A stretch of DNA of 64,000 nt. Source: Promethearchaeota archaeon (GTDB lineage Archaea; Asgardarchaeota; Lokiarchaeia; Sigyniarchaeales; SOKP01). The stretch covers positions 64,001 to 128,000 of the forward strand of contig RDOA01000002.1 of NCBI GenBank assembly GCA_011364925.1. The letters run 5' to 3'. Shown here piece after piece: positions 9,739 through 18,973 of the stretch. The notes below the pieces were generated by a model. That model was not told where the DNA came from. It saw only the letters and a list, made by a program, of their open reading frames with translations, and made no database searches. The first letter of the stretch is position 1; every line of letters begins with the position of its first letter. The translations under genes and the position numbers were made by a program.

Positions 9739-9904
9739 AATTCATCACCTTATTGAATATTTATTAATTAAAACAAAATTAGCTATTAAAATATTCTGGC
9801 TATAATTTTTAGAGAAAAAGATTAAGTAAAAAATCAATAATCAATAGTTAGATATTTCAGAATAGACCGAGTATTATGACGAATTATTATTTTAATAAAG
9901 GTGT

Positions 9905-10234
9905 ATGAAAATTACTGAGAATATTTATAGGTTGACATGGAGAAATAAATGGATTACTGCTCATGCTACTTCGATTGATGACTTTATCGAAACATTTGAG
10001 AATTTGGCAAAAGAATTTAGAAGGTGGAAGGAATTAGGAATAAAGTTATATACAGATAGAGGTATAGGGGATGATTATGCTTCATTTATCACTGATGATA
10101 TGGATATTGCCATTAAAGCAGGATTCACATTCTATATGGGCGATGATAGAAAAAGAGAGTATCTTGAGCTGCTATCTGGGGGAGAAATTGAAGTTCCAAA
10201 AGAGAAACTCGAAAAATTAAGAAAAAAGGATTAA
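9905..10234 (+). CDS. Hypothetical protein
   Basis: 109-aa ORF with plausible composition and an AGGTG ribosome-binding-like sequence. Confidence 0.6.
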   Translation: MKITENIYRLTWRNKWITAHATSIDDFIETFENLAKEFRRWKELGIKLYTDRGIGDDYASFITDDMDIAIKAGFTFYMGDDRKREYLELLSGGEIEVPKEKLEKLRKKD

Positions 10235-10395
10235 TACTTTGAAATTTTAAAATTTTTCCCGAAGTAATAAATTTATAGTCTTCCAATCTTAGAATAGGTT
10301 AGATTAAAACCCAACAGCTACAAAAAAATCAGTGGACCTGACTATTCGAAATTTCTTCATAAAAGTCCCTAATTAGAAAAAATTAGAAATGAGCA

Positions 10396-11430
10396 TTAAT
10401 AGTAATCAAGATTATTAGATTTCGTATCGCAAAACTCCTTAAGCTTCAGGACTTCCCATTTATACTCTTCAAGTTTAATAATATATACCCCTTCAACGCT
10501 ATCCTCAATAGGATATCCCCTTCCTTGAGTCCATCTAATATTCGAAATACGTATTTCGTCTCCCACATGAATTAAATCCCAGAATAGTCCCGCACAGCAT
10601 CCCAGATGCCCACAACCTCTAACTACTATACAATCATCCTCCCAATCGTCATTGTCGCTCTCTGAGAGAATATTTTCTGTTATACCTTTTACAAGCGCGT
10701 TTATATGTATAACAGGAAAGGGTTCATAAATGAGACAATACTCGCCTAGATAAATTTCAATGTACCCTGAAAACGCACTCGCCGAGATTGCTTTGATATT
10801 TTTGATAAAAATTCTAAAAGTTTTGTCCGTATTCTCATAAATAGGTTTTCTTTCTAGTAATTTCCTCTCATGCCCCTCTACAGTCCAATCCACGAGTCCG
10901 AGTGATAGGAACATTTTGAATCGCTTTGGAAAGGCTTCAAATGGGATTTTTGGTTCCAGATGGAAAGGTGATAATAAAATAACTCCATCATCAGTATCAA
11001 AGGCAGGACCACCATCTGGGTATAGAACTAATTTTCTCCTTTTCCATTTAGGATCACGGAAATATTTTGGAATAAATGTTCCTTCTATTATAAGTGCTGA
11101 AGGTCCCAATTTTTTCAAAGGAGTCGTCCTAAGATTGTTTTTTTTTACTTTTTCCTCCCTTTTCCGTTCCAATTCTTCAACCACATCGAATTGATAGTAT
11201 TCTCCCTCCAGTTCAAAGGGCGAGTTGTTTTCGGGCATCAATCTATATTCTGATATCGGAGAGCGAAAACCAGAGAGTAGAACATCAATTTCTTTTCCTA
11301 CAAAATCCTTCATATCTCCATCTTTATATAATTCTGATTCTAATGTAATAACTTGTCCACTAGTCAATCGAATTGTTATTAGTATTACTTCATTTTCAAT
11401 CTCTTTGGTATTCTCAAGGAGGACTTTCAT
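10396..11430 (-). CDS. Hypothetical protein (two apparent domains; C-terminal GCGHLGCC)
   Basis: 344-aa ORF with a GTGGT ribosome-binding site. No family recognised. Confidence 0.65.
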   Translation of the reverse strand: MKVLLENTKEIENEVILITIRLTSGQVITLESELYKDGDMKDFVGKEIDVLLSGFRSPISEYRLMPENNSPFELEGEYYQFDVVEELERKREEKVKKNNLRTTPLKKLGPSALIIEGTFIPKYFRDPKWKRRKLVLYPDGGPAFDTDDGVILLSPFHLEPKIPFEAFPKRFKMFLSLGLVDWTVEGHERKLLERKPIYENTDKTFRIFIKNIKAISASAFSGYIEIYLGEYCLIYEPFPVIHINALVKGITENILSESDNDDWEDDCIVVRGCGHLGCCAGLFWDLIHVGDEIRISNIRWTQGRGYPIEDSVEGVYIIKLEEYKWEVLKLKEFCDTKSNNLDYY

Positions 11431-11529
11431 TAATTAACCACTTTTACATCATATTTTCCATAAATTTCAATTTTTTAATAGGAAAGGTATTTTTATAAAT
11501 GAAAATAATATTTTAGATAATAATTAGAA

Positions 11530-12417
11530 ATGTTCAAAATAAATAAGTTCATCACGCTTGAACTTCGAAACGGAAAGACAGTTATTTTTTTGGATAACTC
11601 TGAATTTGCAATTTGTATGGGTGCAAGCATTAATACTATTTTAAGGGACCTAGCATACGGTTCCGTTGATAAAACAATTGAAGATTTGGATATGAGATCT
11701 TTTGTTTCGTTAAGTCCAGAAGAAGAGTATTGGGTGCACTGCTCTAATTTACAAGCGTGGAGCGAAAATAATTACGACACGAGATTAATTCATCCAGATC
11801 TTTCTTTCCCTTTATTGAGAGAGTTAGTACAACTAGGCGACCCCAAAGCGTTAGAAGTGTTTAAGGATGAACTCGTTAAAAAATTTAAAAGCAATCACAT
11901 GCCGACAGTTATATTTTTACTTCAGGGTGGCTATTTAGATGAATTTACTGACGAAGAATTTGAAGTTTTGATGACTGAAGTAAAGGAAAAGATTTATACC
12001 TACGAGATTGACACTCAAGATAAAATTGTTTTGGATATGGTGTTCGAAGGCGAAGATTATGATGAGGTTCCACCGCTCGAGCGCTTCAAACCGAGGGCGA
12101 TACAATTTTTAATGGAACACCCAATAATAAACTTATTCGAATTGTTAGTTAAGTTTGGATGTTATTACCTTAAAGCCTATTACCCGTGGATTTTTAAGTT
12201 CTTTGGTTGCCTTAAAAAGAAGGAGCCTGAGCTGTTTAAGAAAAAAGTGGAATTGCTTTTGAAAAAGGGTTATAAACTTATTCCAGCAACAGTGGAATAC
12301 TCCGAGAATATTGGAGATTACACATTTCATGACAAACGGTCCGATTATTCGGAGATGGACGAGTTTGCACAAGTGTTTTACTATAGATATCTAAGAGATT
12401 ATAATTTCAAAAGTTAA
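11530..12417 (+). CDS. Lokiarchaeia-type expanded hypothetical family (domain often found with LRRs)
   Basis: Signature FKINKFITLELRNGKTVIF...EEEYWVHCSNLQAWSENNYDTRLIHPDLSFPLLRELVQLGD, recognised from memory of Lokiarchaeia proteomes. Confidence 0.65.
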   Translation: MFKINKFITLELRNGKTVIFLDNSEFAICMGASINTILRDLAYGSVDKTIEDLDMRSFVSLSPEEEYWVHCSNLQAWSENNYDTRLIHPDLSFPLLRELVQLGDPKALEVFKDELVKKFKSNHMPTVIFLLQGGYLDEFTDEEFEVLMTEVKEKIYTYEIDTQDKIVLDMVFEGEDYDEVPPLERFKPRAIQFLMEHPIINLFELLVKFGCYYLKAYYPWIFKFFGCLKKKEPELFKKKVELLLKKGYKLIPATVEYSENIGDYTFHDKRSDYSEMDEFAQVFYYRYLRDYNFKS

Positions 12418-12419
12418 AA

Positions 12420-13604
12420 TTATTCGGTAATAATCTTAACGCACTCGTTATAGAAAGAGTCGCCGTAGTAAGGATAAATTTTCCGATTCCCATTTGCTTG
12501 GAATTCTTTGTTTTTTTCTATTTCCTTTTTCCTCCTACCATGCATAAGGTCTGCGAACGCCTCTAATCGCGTGCGGAAACCTTCCATACCTGATTGTTCA
12601 TCGAAGGAGAAATAAATTATTGGGAGATCGTAGATTTTCTTGAGTTTATTGGTTATAATCGTGCGAGCTACGACCTCAGGCATACATAAAAAGGGATACT
12701 CATGGACGAAACCATCAAATCCAGCCAGCGCCTTGTCGATATACTCCCCAAGCACCCACCTCGCCTCTCCACCGCAGTCTAACGGTAAATATGGACGCGA
12801 AAGATGCTCCAACCATTTTCTGTGATAATTTAGATGAAATTTGTGGACAACCCAATCATACAAGCTTAGAGATTGGTGAATTTCGATTCCCATCTCACCT
12901 AGCTTTCTTCTAATGTCAAGGTTAACGTAAGGTTCCAAGCTTATATGAATCTCGCCCGATATCCCTACTTTTAACGGAGTTCGAGTTTTATCGATATCCA
13001 GACCATTAAAATCTTGTTTAATAACATTTTTAAATTTCCTTAACTCGGGGAGCGTATTAGCCTCGTCGAGCTTTGTTAGCAGACCATTTACAATGTCTGT
13101 AGTGTCTCCTTGATTTCGCTCGTACGCTCGGAATAGCCCCTCTGCCGTCTGGATGTCGTTGAGTAATTTAGCCTTCTTTAGGAAAAATATGATGGCTTTC
13201 ACAAACTTCGAATAAACGAACAAATCACTCCGACCACTTATTTCTTGAAGCGTTTTAACCCAATGAAACTCAAGTAAATCGGCCTGATCCAAGGGGACTA
13301 CCGTAATATTCTTGTATCCCATATCCTTTAGAATTCTCTCCTGCACAGAAGCATAAAATCCGAACCTACAAGGTCCACAGTCGATCGCCATGACTAATGT
13401 ATCTGCTCCCTTCTCGATGGCATTGACAAAATCCCCTATTGTCGCCTTGAATGGAAAACAAACGAACTCTGGAGATTGCTTAACGCCGATTTTGATTGCC
13501 TCACGATTTGTTGGATCAGGAACGACCACATCTAAATCAAGGCTTGTAAAAAGTGTTTTAAAGGCAACCCAGTTTGGGCCCATATTAGGGAAGGAGATTA
13601 ACAT
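12420..13604 (-). CDS. PlsR-like / 2-hydroxyacyl-CoA dehydratase-related reductase subunit
   Basis: SFPNMG, SPEFVCFPFK, CGPCRFG, GEIH, PFLCMPE and FDEQSGMEGFRTRLEAFAD. Confidence 0.85.
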   Translation of the reverse strand: MLISFPNMGPNWVAFKTLFTSLDLDVVVPDPTNREAIKIGVKQSPEFVCFPFKATIGDFVNAIEKGADTLVMAIDCGPCRFGFYASVQERILKDMGYKNITVVPLDQADLLEFHWVKTLQEISGRSDLFVYSKFVKAIIFFLKKAKLLNDIQTAEGLFRAYERNQGDTTDIVNGLLTKLDEANTLPELRKFKNVIKQDFNGLDIDKTRTPLKVGISGEIHISLEPYVNLDIRRKLGEMGIEIHQSLSLYDWVVHKFHLNYHRKWLEHLSRPYLPLDCGGEARWVLGEYIDKALAGFDGFVHEYPFLCMPEVVARTIITNKLKKIYDLPIIYFSFDEQSGMEGFRTRLEAFADLMHGRRKKEIEKNKEFQANGNRKIYPYYGDSFYNECVKIITE

Positions 13605-13716
13605 CTTAAATCTAAGAAATTTTACCTAAGTCAAGTATTTGATCAAAACATGGTTTAAAATAAAAATTTACCCCTTATAAACAAAATATTAATCATGTGT
13701 TATTTTTAATAAAAAA
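13588..13716. repeat. Imperfect direct repeat A (promoter, 5'UTR and first codons of gene 12420-13604)
   Basis: Shares gggaaggaRattaacat, caagtatttgatcaaa, taaaataaaaatttaccccttataaacaaa and ttttaataaaaa with 18614-18756. Confidence 0.85.
13656..13682 (-). promoter_or_regulatory. Conserved 27-bp promoter element, copy 2
   Basis: Minus strand reads GTTTATAAGGGGTAAATTTTTATTTTA, ~50 nt upstream of the ATG at 13604. Confidence 0.75.
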
Positions 13717-13779
13717 TGGGAGCAATAATAATAAGATAGGATGCAAAAATTAATATTCCAGATAGTTCCAAAACTCGAA

Positions 13780-15105
13780 TCAAGATACCAGATTTTTCCA
13801 TATCGAATTTCTTGAAAAGAACTCAAGTCCGTTCTTAACGGCGAATCCTACATCTAATTTCTTTGATGGATTCAGCATAGTTAAAACCTTTGACATTGGT
13901 GTTTCAATACTAGAAACAAAATAATCAAAATTAGATTTCGGCTTAAAATATATACTTTTTATTTCATCCGGGATCACATACTTGACATCTTTAAACAAGG
14001 GATTAGCATTCTTGTTGCCGACCATTAAATCATGAAATGCTTCGATTCTTGTTCTAAGTCCTTCAAAACCAGAACTTCCATCAAGACTAATATGAATTTG
14101 GGGCATGTAAAACTTGTCCATGTTTTTCTCAGCCTCTAGCATTCCCATGAGGGATATTTCAGGCATGCAAGTGAAGGGAAAAATGTGGACATAGCCGTCG
14201 AACCCTTTTTCTTGACACTCAAGATAACTCCCCATGTTCCAGATCATCTCCCCACCAACATCCATTGGGACATAATTTTTTGCCCTTTTTTCAAGTCGTC
14301 TTCTTCGTTGGCTGGCGTCAAGTTTGTACATAACCCAATCAAAGACATCATACTGCTTGTGAACCTCGATACCCATGACGCCTAATTCTCCCATCAGATC
14401 ATAATTAACCCATTTCTCCAACATGACTTGGATTTCCCCAGTATAACAAACCCTCAAAGGTTCCATTTCCTTGTCAATAGGAATCTTGCGAAAGTGTTCA
14501 TCTATCGTTCTATCAAAATTAGATAATTTCATCAAATTGTATTCGTTATCAAGTAAATTCATCAAAGTATGAACTACTTTGGTAGTCATTGCTTTGGTTT
14601 TTTCCCGACATCTAACAAGTCCTTCAATATGGCTGATTCTTTCAACATAGTATGCTTTGATTAAGAACAAGAGTGTGTTTCTTAAAATTTTATAGTCATC
14701 AATTTTTCTTCCTGTTCTTTTTTCTAAATCATGAAACATCCTTAGCCATTCAAGATTTCGGAAATCATCTTGATTCAGATAAAACATTCTAACATCATTG
14801 AATCCCATGTTTTTCAAGATCCTTTTCTGGACAACAGCATAAATTCCTGCTCGACAAGGACCGTGATCAACAATCATCGCAAAATCTTTGACGTCATAAT
14901 TACGATACAGGTTTATCATTTCACCAAGAATGACTTTAAATGGAAAACAAACGAATTCAGGAGAAACTTTGACTCCTTCACTAACGATGTCAGTGTTTAC
15001 TAAAGGTGGTTCAACAACTTCAATACCAGGAAGATCATAGAATAAACCTTTGAAAAAAATATAGCTCCAACCCATTCGTGAAAATGCAATTCTGACATTT
15101 ACCAT
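13780..15105 (-). CDS. PlsR-like reductase subunit (second paralog)
   Basis: SPEFVCFPFK, HGPCRAG, GEIQ, PFTCMPE and GLRTRIEAFHD. Start overlaps the stop of the upstream activase. Confidence 0.85.
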   Translation of the reverse strand: MVNVRIAFSRMGWSYIFFKGLFYDLPGIEVVEPPLVNTDIVSEGVKVSPEFVCFPFKVILGEMINLYRNYDVKDFAMIVDHGPCRAGIYAVVQKRILKNMGFNDVRMFYLNQDDFRNLEWLRMFHDLEKRTGRKIDDYKILRNTLLFLIKAYYVERISHIEGLVRCREKTKAMTTKVVHTLMNLLDNEYNLMKLSNFDRTIDEHFRKIPIDKEMEPLRVCYTGEIQVMLEKWVNYDLMGELGVMGIEVHKQYDVFDWVMYKLDASQRRRRLEKRAKNYVPMDVGGEMIWNMGSYLECQEKGFDGYVHIFPFTCMPEISLMGMLEAEKNMDKFYMPQIHISLDGSSGFEGLRTRIEAFHDLMVGNKNANPLFKDVKYVIPDEIKSIYFKPKSNFDYFVSSIETPMSKVLTMLNPSKKLDVGFAVKNGLEFFSRNSIWKNLVS

Positions 15106-16130
15106 TTACCGCACCTACTGTTCCATCGTGCAAATATCCTATCATCCTTTTCTTTTCCAGTTACCTTACTTTTATCTTCTTCTCTGACAATGTATTTAAC
15201 CGTACATCTATTCGCACAATCAGGACAGACAAATGAACCTGGAGCCAAGTTCATTTCACTGACTTTTAGGCCATGAAAAGAAGATAGCTGTCCATTTACA
15301 TGTTCCTTTGCCAAAATGGCTGAACCAAATGCTCCCATCACATAATAGTTTTCATGAATAATGACTTCATGCCCCAATTCTTCTTCAAAAGCATTTTTTA
15401 TTCCGGAATTTGCTGCAACTCCTCCTTGGAATACGAAGGGAGGACTCAGTTTTTTACCCTTGCACACATTATTCAAGTAGTTTCTAACAAGAGCTTTACA
15501 TAATCCCTTGATAATTGCTTCTTTAGAATATCCTTCTTGTTGTTTACTGATCATATCAGATTCGGCAAAAACTGTGCATCGTCCTGCAATTGAAACCTCC
15601 TCTTCTGCCCGAGAAGCATAATCCCCAAATTCTTCAATTGGAACCTTGATCCGAATTGCTTGGTGATCTAGAAAAGAACCAGTTCCGGCAGCACAAACAC
15701 TGTTCATGTTAAAATCTGTTACGATGCCATTTTTCATCAATATAACTTTGCTGTCCTGTCCTCCGATTTCAAGAATTGTTCTCACGTCAGGGGTATAAGT
15801 TGAAGCTCCAATTGCGTGAGCAATTATTTCAGGTTTTGCTATATCTGCACCGATTAAAGCTTTTATTAAATACCTAGCAGAACCTGTTGTCCCAACACCA
15901 TAAATATTTTTTTCGATGTGATCGGGAAGGACTTCTTCCATGTATTTTAGATTTTCTTGTGTAGAAACAATGGGAGAACCATCATTTCTAGTCCAGGTTG
16001 CATACAATAATTCATTACTCTCATTAATTATTGCACATTTCGTGGAGACACTTCCGACATCGATTCCTAGATATAACTTGTCTTCCACATCATCTGGAAG
16101 AATATTCTTGATAAATTCTGGTTCATTCAT
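15099..16130 (-). CDS. Acyl-CoA dehydratase/reductase activase (second paralog)
   Basis: GIDVGSVST, EIGGQDSK, CAAGTGSFLD, RCTVFAESD and CPDCANRC...SRC. ATGA overlap with the upstream gene. Confidence 0.92.
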   Translation of the reverse strand: MNEPEFIKNILPDDVEDKLYLGIDVGSVSTKCAIINESNELLYATWTRNDGSPIVSTQENLKYMEEVLPDHIEKNIYGVGTTGSARYLIKALIGADIAKPEIIAHAIGASTYTPDVRTILEIGGQDSKVILMKNGIVTDFNMNSVCAAGTGSFLDHQAIRIKVPIEEFGDYASRAEEEVSIAGRCTVFAESDMISKQQEGYSKEAIIKGLCKALVRNYLNNVCKGKKLSPPFVFQGGVAANSGIKNAFEEELGHEVIIHENYYVMGAFGSAILAKEHVNGQLSSFHGLKVSEMNLAPGSFVCPDCANRCTVKYIVREEDKSKVTGKEKDDRIFARWNSRCGKW

Positions 16131-18568
16131 TTGTATTTCTTCCTCCTTATCATTTCTATAAAAGATTCTATTCTTGTGGTTATTTGGGATTCTCCAGTGT
16201 GTTCATCTAATGTAAGATCAATAAAAGGTTTATTTTTCATGTCAAAATCCTGCATTACCAATTCTTGAATTAAAGAATCAGGACCACATGCAAAAGAAAT
16301 TAAGAAAATGCCTCCATCAATCTCTTCATTATGGATAACATAATCAGATAATTGCATCAATTCATCTTCATTATCCCAGAAATTGGTTAGATTATCATCA
16401 ATTTCAACTCTTCTTGAGAAGATTTCCTTTGGAGCATTTTCAACAGTTACAACATCAACAAAATTGGCTTTGAGTATATCCATTAATCCATGATTAATAA
16501 TTGGTTCATAAGTGTTGTATGGATGACCAAGAACCATTAATGTAAGTGGATAATTTTCATAATCTTTGTTAAGTTTAGGTCGAAATCTTTTCTTAAACTT
16601 ATAATTAGGATATTTATCAAAAGGATACATTTTGTAAAGTGCATCAATGACAAGAATTCCATCCTCAGTCAACTTATGGAATTCTTCAAGTTTTTTATAT
16701 CCGTTCTCATACGCAAGTTTTGATTCTTCTTTAGATTTGCCTAATGTTTTTCCAAAATCTATTGCTGATTTCATCATTGTATGTTCCCTGGCATTAAAAG
16801 TCCATTCAATAACGGGAACATTAGAAACTGTCGAGTGCTGAGTGACATCTGGAAGGAGCAGGAATTTTGGACAATAATAATGATCCTTACTTTTACTAAC
16901 GAGTCTTGGAACAAATATAAAATCTAGATCGGGGTGATTCGTCGATAAATAATTCACATGACCGTAATGAATCTTGACTGGAATGCATAAATCGGTTGCA
17001 GACTGATTAGATCCGTTGGTAAGAATTTCTTTGTTCGTTTCTGGACTCACAATAACTTCGCAACCAAGACTTGTAAGCATTCCTTCCCATAATGGAAAAT
17101 ACTTGTAGAAATACAGGGAACGTGGTATACCTACCTTCAGGCTTTTCGTCTTTTCAGGTTTTTCAGTCTTTTCAGTTTTTTCGTTCTTTTTCTTATAATT
17201 CGTCTTTTCGTACAGGTTTCGAAATAGGTTCTTAGGATCCGTTCGTTCTTTCACATTATCGTATAATTCCTTGTTATATATCTTCCAGAACAAGTCTTCC
17301 TCGTAGAAATTGTGAGTTATTAGAGTTTTCATTCCCCCGAGCTCATAAACCTTTTCTTCAAGCGCTTTATAGAAGTTAAATCCCTTTCTTTTTTGCTCGA
17401 ACCCGTAGATGGCAAAATCTATGAATAATTCATCCTCGATGGGAGCGAACATGTCTTGATTAAGCCACGGGTAGAACTTGTACCCATCCAGCTTGTCTTT
17501 TTGCATGCGGTAAGGGACGATCCAAACCGGGAAGTAATTATCAAATACATCCAGGTACCAATTAAAAAATTCTTCCGCGTGAGTGAATGGTATGAAGACA
17601 TCAACAATTACGTCCGGTTCTCCACCCTTCTTAGTTAAAAATGGCAATCGTTCGCTGATGTTAAGAATATTTGTTGATCCAAGTATATAGGGTCCTACTA
17701 ACCACCGGACTACTTTATTCTCAAAAATTCCTCCAGCAACATTCCGTATCGACCAGTGACAATCTGCATCATACCTGAAAAAATAATCTATGGTGGAGAG
17801 GAAATCTCGCTTTTTTTCCATCGCACTTTTGTAATAAATATCGTAAAAATATTGACTCTTGTAAGGAGCTTCCTCCTCATCAACGAAGCTGGCAACACAG
17901 AGTACGTTCATATTCTTGGAGAAGATAAGCCCGTCCATCATTTCAATATCCTGCTTTTCGTAGTGTTGCATGATAGCTTCCATGTATTCACTAAAAGTAT
18001 TGTAACGGATGTAATCGATGCGAACGCACTTTTTTGCTGGAACGAGCTTAAACTTTAGGAGTGTGATGATTGCAATCGTGCCAAAACTCCCATGCAGCAT
18101 CTCGAATATATCATGGTTATCGCTTTTCGTGCATAACATTATGTCGCCTGTTCCTGTCACGATTTCTATTTCTTCACAGGAATCGAAAAATCCCCCATAC
18201 TTGAAAGACATGGATTCAACAGAACATCCTGCTACTGCCCCGCCTATCGTGATTCCCTTGAGCTCGGAAACCGTTTGCGGTACAAGACCATACTTTAAGG
18301 TTTCTGTTGCAAGTTTAACAAAAGTAACCCCTCCTTCTGCAATACATGTCCTAGTATCCGTGTTTATCTCAATAATGTCAGTAAGTGACTTTACATCAAT
18401 CGGCTTGTCACTATAGATTGGGTTATCTGGTTGTGGAGCCATGTGGGAAACATTCGCCTTTTTTAGAGAAAAATATTCTCCTGGCTTCGCGTTGTCGTAC
18501 GCGTTTCTAACCATTTCAGAGATCGCTTCTACTTTTCTTTTATGTATTGCTAGTTTTTCTTCGCTCAT
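16127..18568 (-). CDS. Fusion: DHCR24/TmsA-like FAD oxidoreductase (VAO/PCMH fold) plus DUF2229 activase-related subunit
   Basis: N-half: HKRKVEAI, ELKGITIGGAVAGCSVESMSFKYG, LHGSFGT, YFFRYD, DPKNLFRNLYEK. C-half: KVGIPRSL, LCIPVKIHYGH, YCPKF, FACGPDS, DEHTGE. Likely start is ATG 18568; the ORF track extends to TTG 18640. Confidence 0.85.
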   Translation of the reverse strand: MSEEKLAIHKRKVEAISEMVRNAYDNAKPGEYFSLKKANVSHMAPQPDNPIYSDKPIDVKSLTDIIEINTDTRTCIAEGGVTFVKLATETLKYGLVPQTVSELKGITIGGAVAGCSVESMSFKYGGFFDSCEEIEIVTGTGDIMLCTKSDNHDIFEMLHGSFGTIAIITLLKFKLVPAKKCVRIDYIRYNTFSEYMEAIMQHYEKQDIEMMDGLIFSKNMNVLCVASFVDEEEAPYKSQYFYDIYYKSAMEKKRDFLSTIDYFFRYDADCHWSIRNVAGGIFENKVVRWLVGPYILGSTNILNISERLPFLTKKGGEPDVIVDVFIPFTHAEEFFNWYLDVFDNYFPVWIVPYRMQKDKLDGYKFYPWLNQDMFAPIEDELFIDFAIYGFEQKRKGFNFYKALEEKVYELGGMKTLITHNFYEEDLFWKIYNKELYDNVKERTDPKNLFRNLYEKTNYKKKNEKTEKTEKPEKTKSLKVGIPRSLYFYKYFPLWEGMLTSLGCEVIVSPETNKEILTNGSNQSATDLCIPVKIHYGHVNYLSTNHPDLDFIFVPRLVSKSKDHYYCPKFLLLPDVTQHSTVSNVPVIEWTFNAREHTMMKSAIDFGKTLGKSKEESKLAYENGYKKLEEFHKLTEDGILVIDALYKMYPFDKYPNYKFKKRFRPKLNKDYENYPLTLMVLGHPYNTYEPIINHGLMDILKANFVDVVTVENAPKEIFSRRVEIDDNLTNFWDNEDELMQLSDYVIHNEEIDGGIFLISFACGPDSLIQELVMQDFDMKNKPFIDLTLDEHTGESQITTRIESFIEMIRRKKYK
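17141..17195. repeat. Imperfect 9-nt tandem repeat encoding the interdomain linker (NEKTEKTEKPEKTK)
   Basis: Repeating ttttcag(t/g)(c/t) units at the FAD-domain/DUF2229 junction. Confidence 0.7.
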
Positions 18569-18630
18569 GTCATACACAGGCTTGGGATTATTGCACGAAA
18601 CGATCCTTGCTTTGGGAAGGAAATTAACAT
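18565..18630 (-). other. 21-codon uORF/relic MLISFPKQGSFRAIIPSLCMT* derived from the start of gene 12420-13604
   Basis: First six codons encode MLISFP, as in the 13604 gene. Its TGA (18567-18565) overlaps ATG 18568 (ATGA). Confidence 0.65.
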
Positions 18631-18756
18631 TATTTTTCAAAGAAGTTTTACTTAGGCAAGTATTTGATCAAATCTATGAAATCAAATAACTCACTCTAAA
18701 ATAAAAATTTACCCCTTATAAACAAATTGTCAATTGTATGATACTTTTAATAAAAA
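18614..18756. repeat. Imperfect direct repeat B (copy of 13588-13716), containing promoter element copy 3 at 18697-18723
   Basis: Same blocks as repeat A, with a ~15-nt insertion. Confidence 0.85.
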
Positions 18757-18973
18757 TTTCAATAATATATATTAATTTTCACAGATCGATTGACACTATT
18801 ATATTTGTATCTCCCGTCATATTGAGTTCTTCTAACATATATATAGCTCCTCGCTTCAGTCAAAAACTTTATTCCTTTCAGTATCGCTAAACGATACTAT
18901 ATACTAATAAACAACAGATCAGAAAGACTAAAATTAGAAAAGATTACAATTTCAATGCGAACATGGGATTATA

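Noticed and set aside
16127-18568. DHCR24-like domain as evidence of sterol biosynthesis
   Set aside because: No squalene epoxidase or cyclase is present, the family has non-sterol prokaryotic members, and the context points to glycerolipids.
8333-18723. The 27-bp repeats as CRISPR repeats or IS ends
   Set aside because: Only three copies, kilobases apart, each in a promoter position. No spacers, cas genes or transposase.
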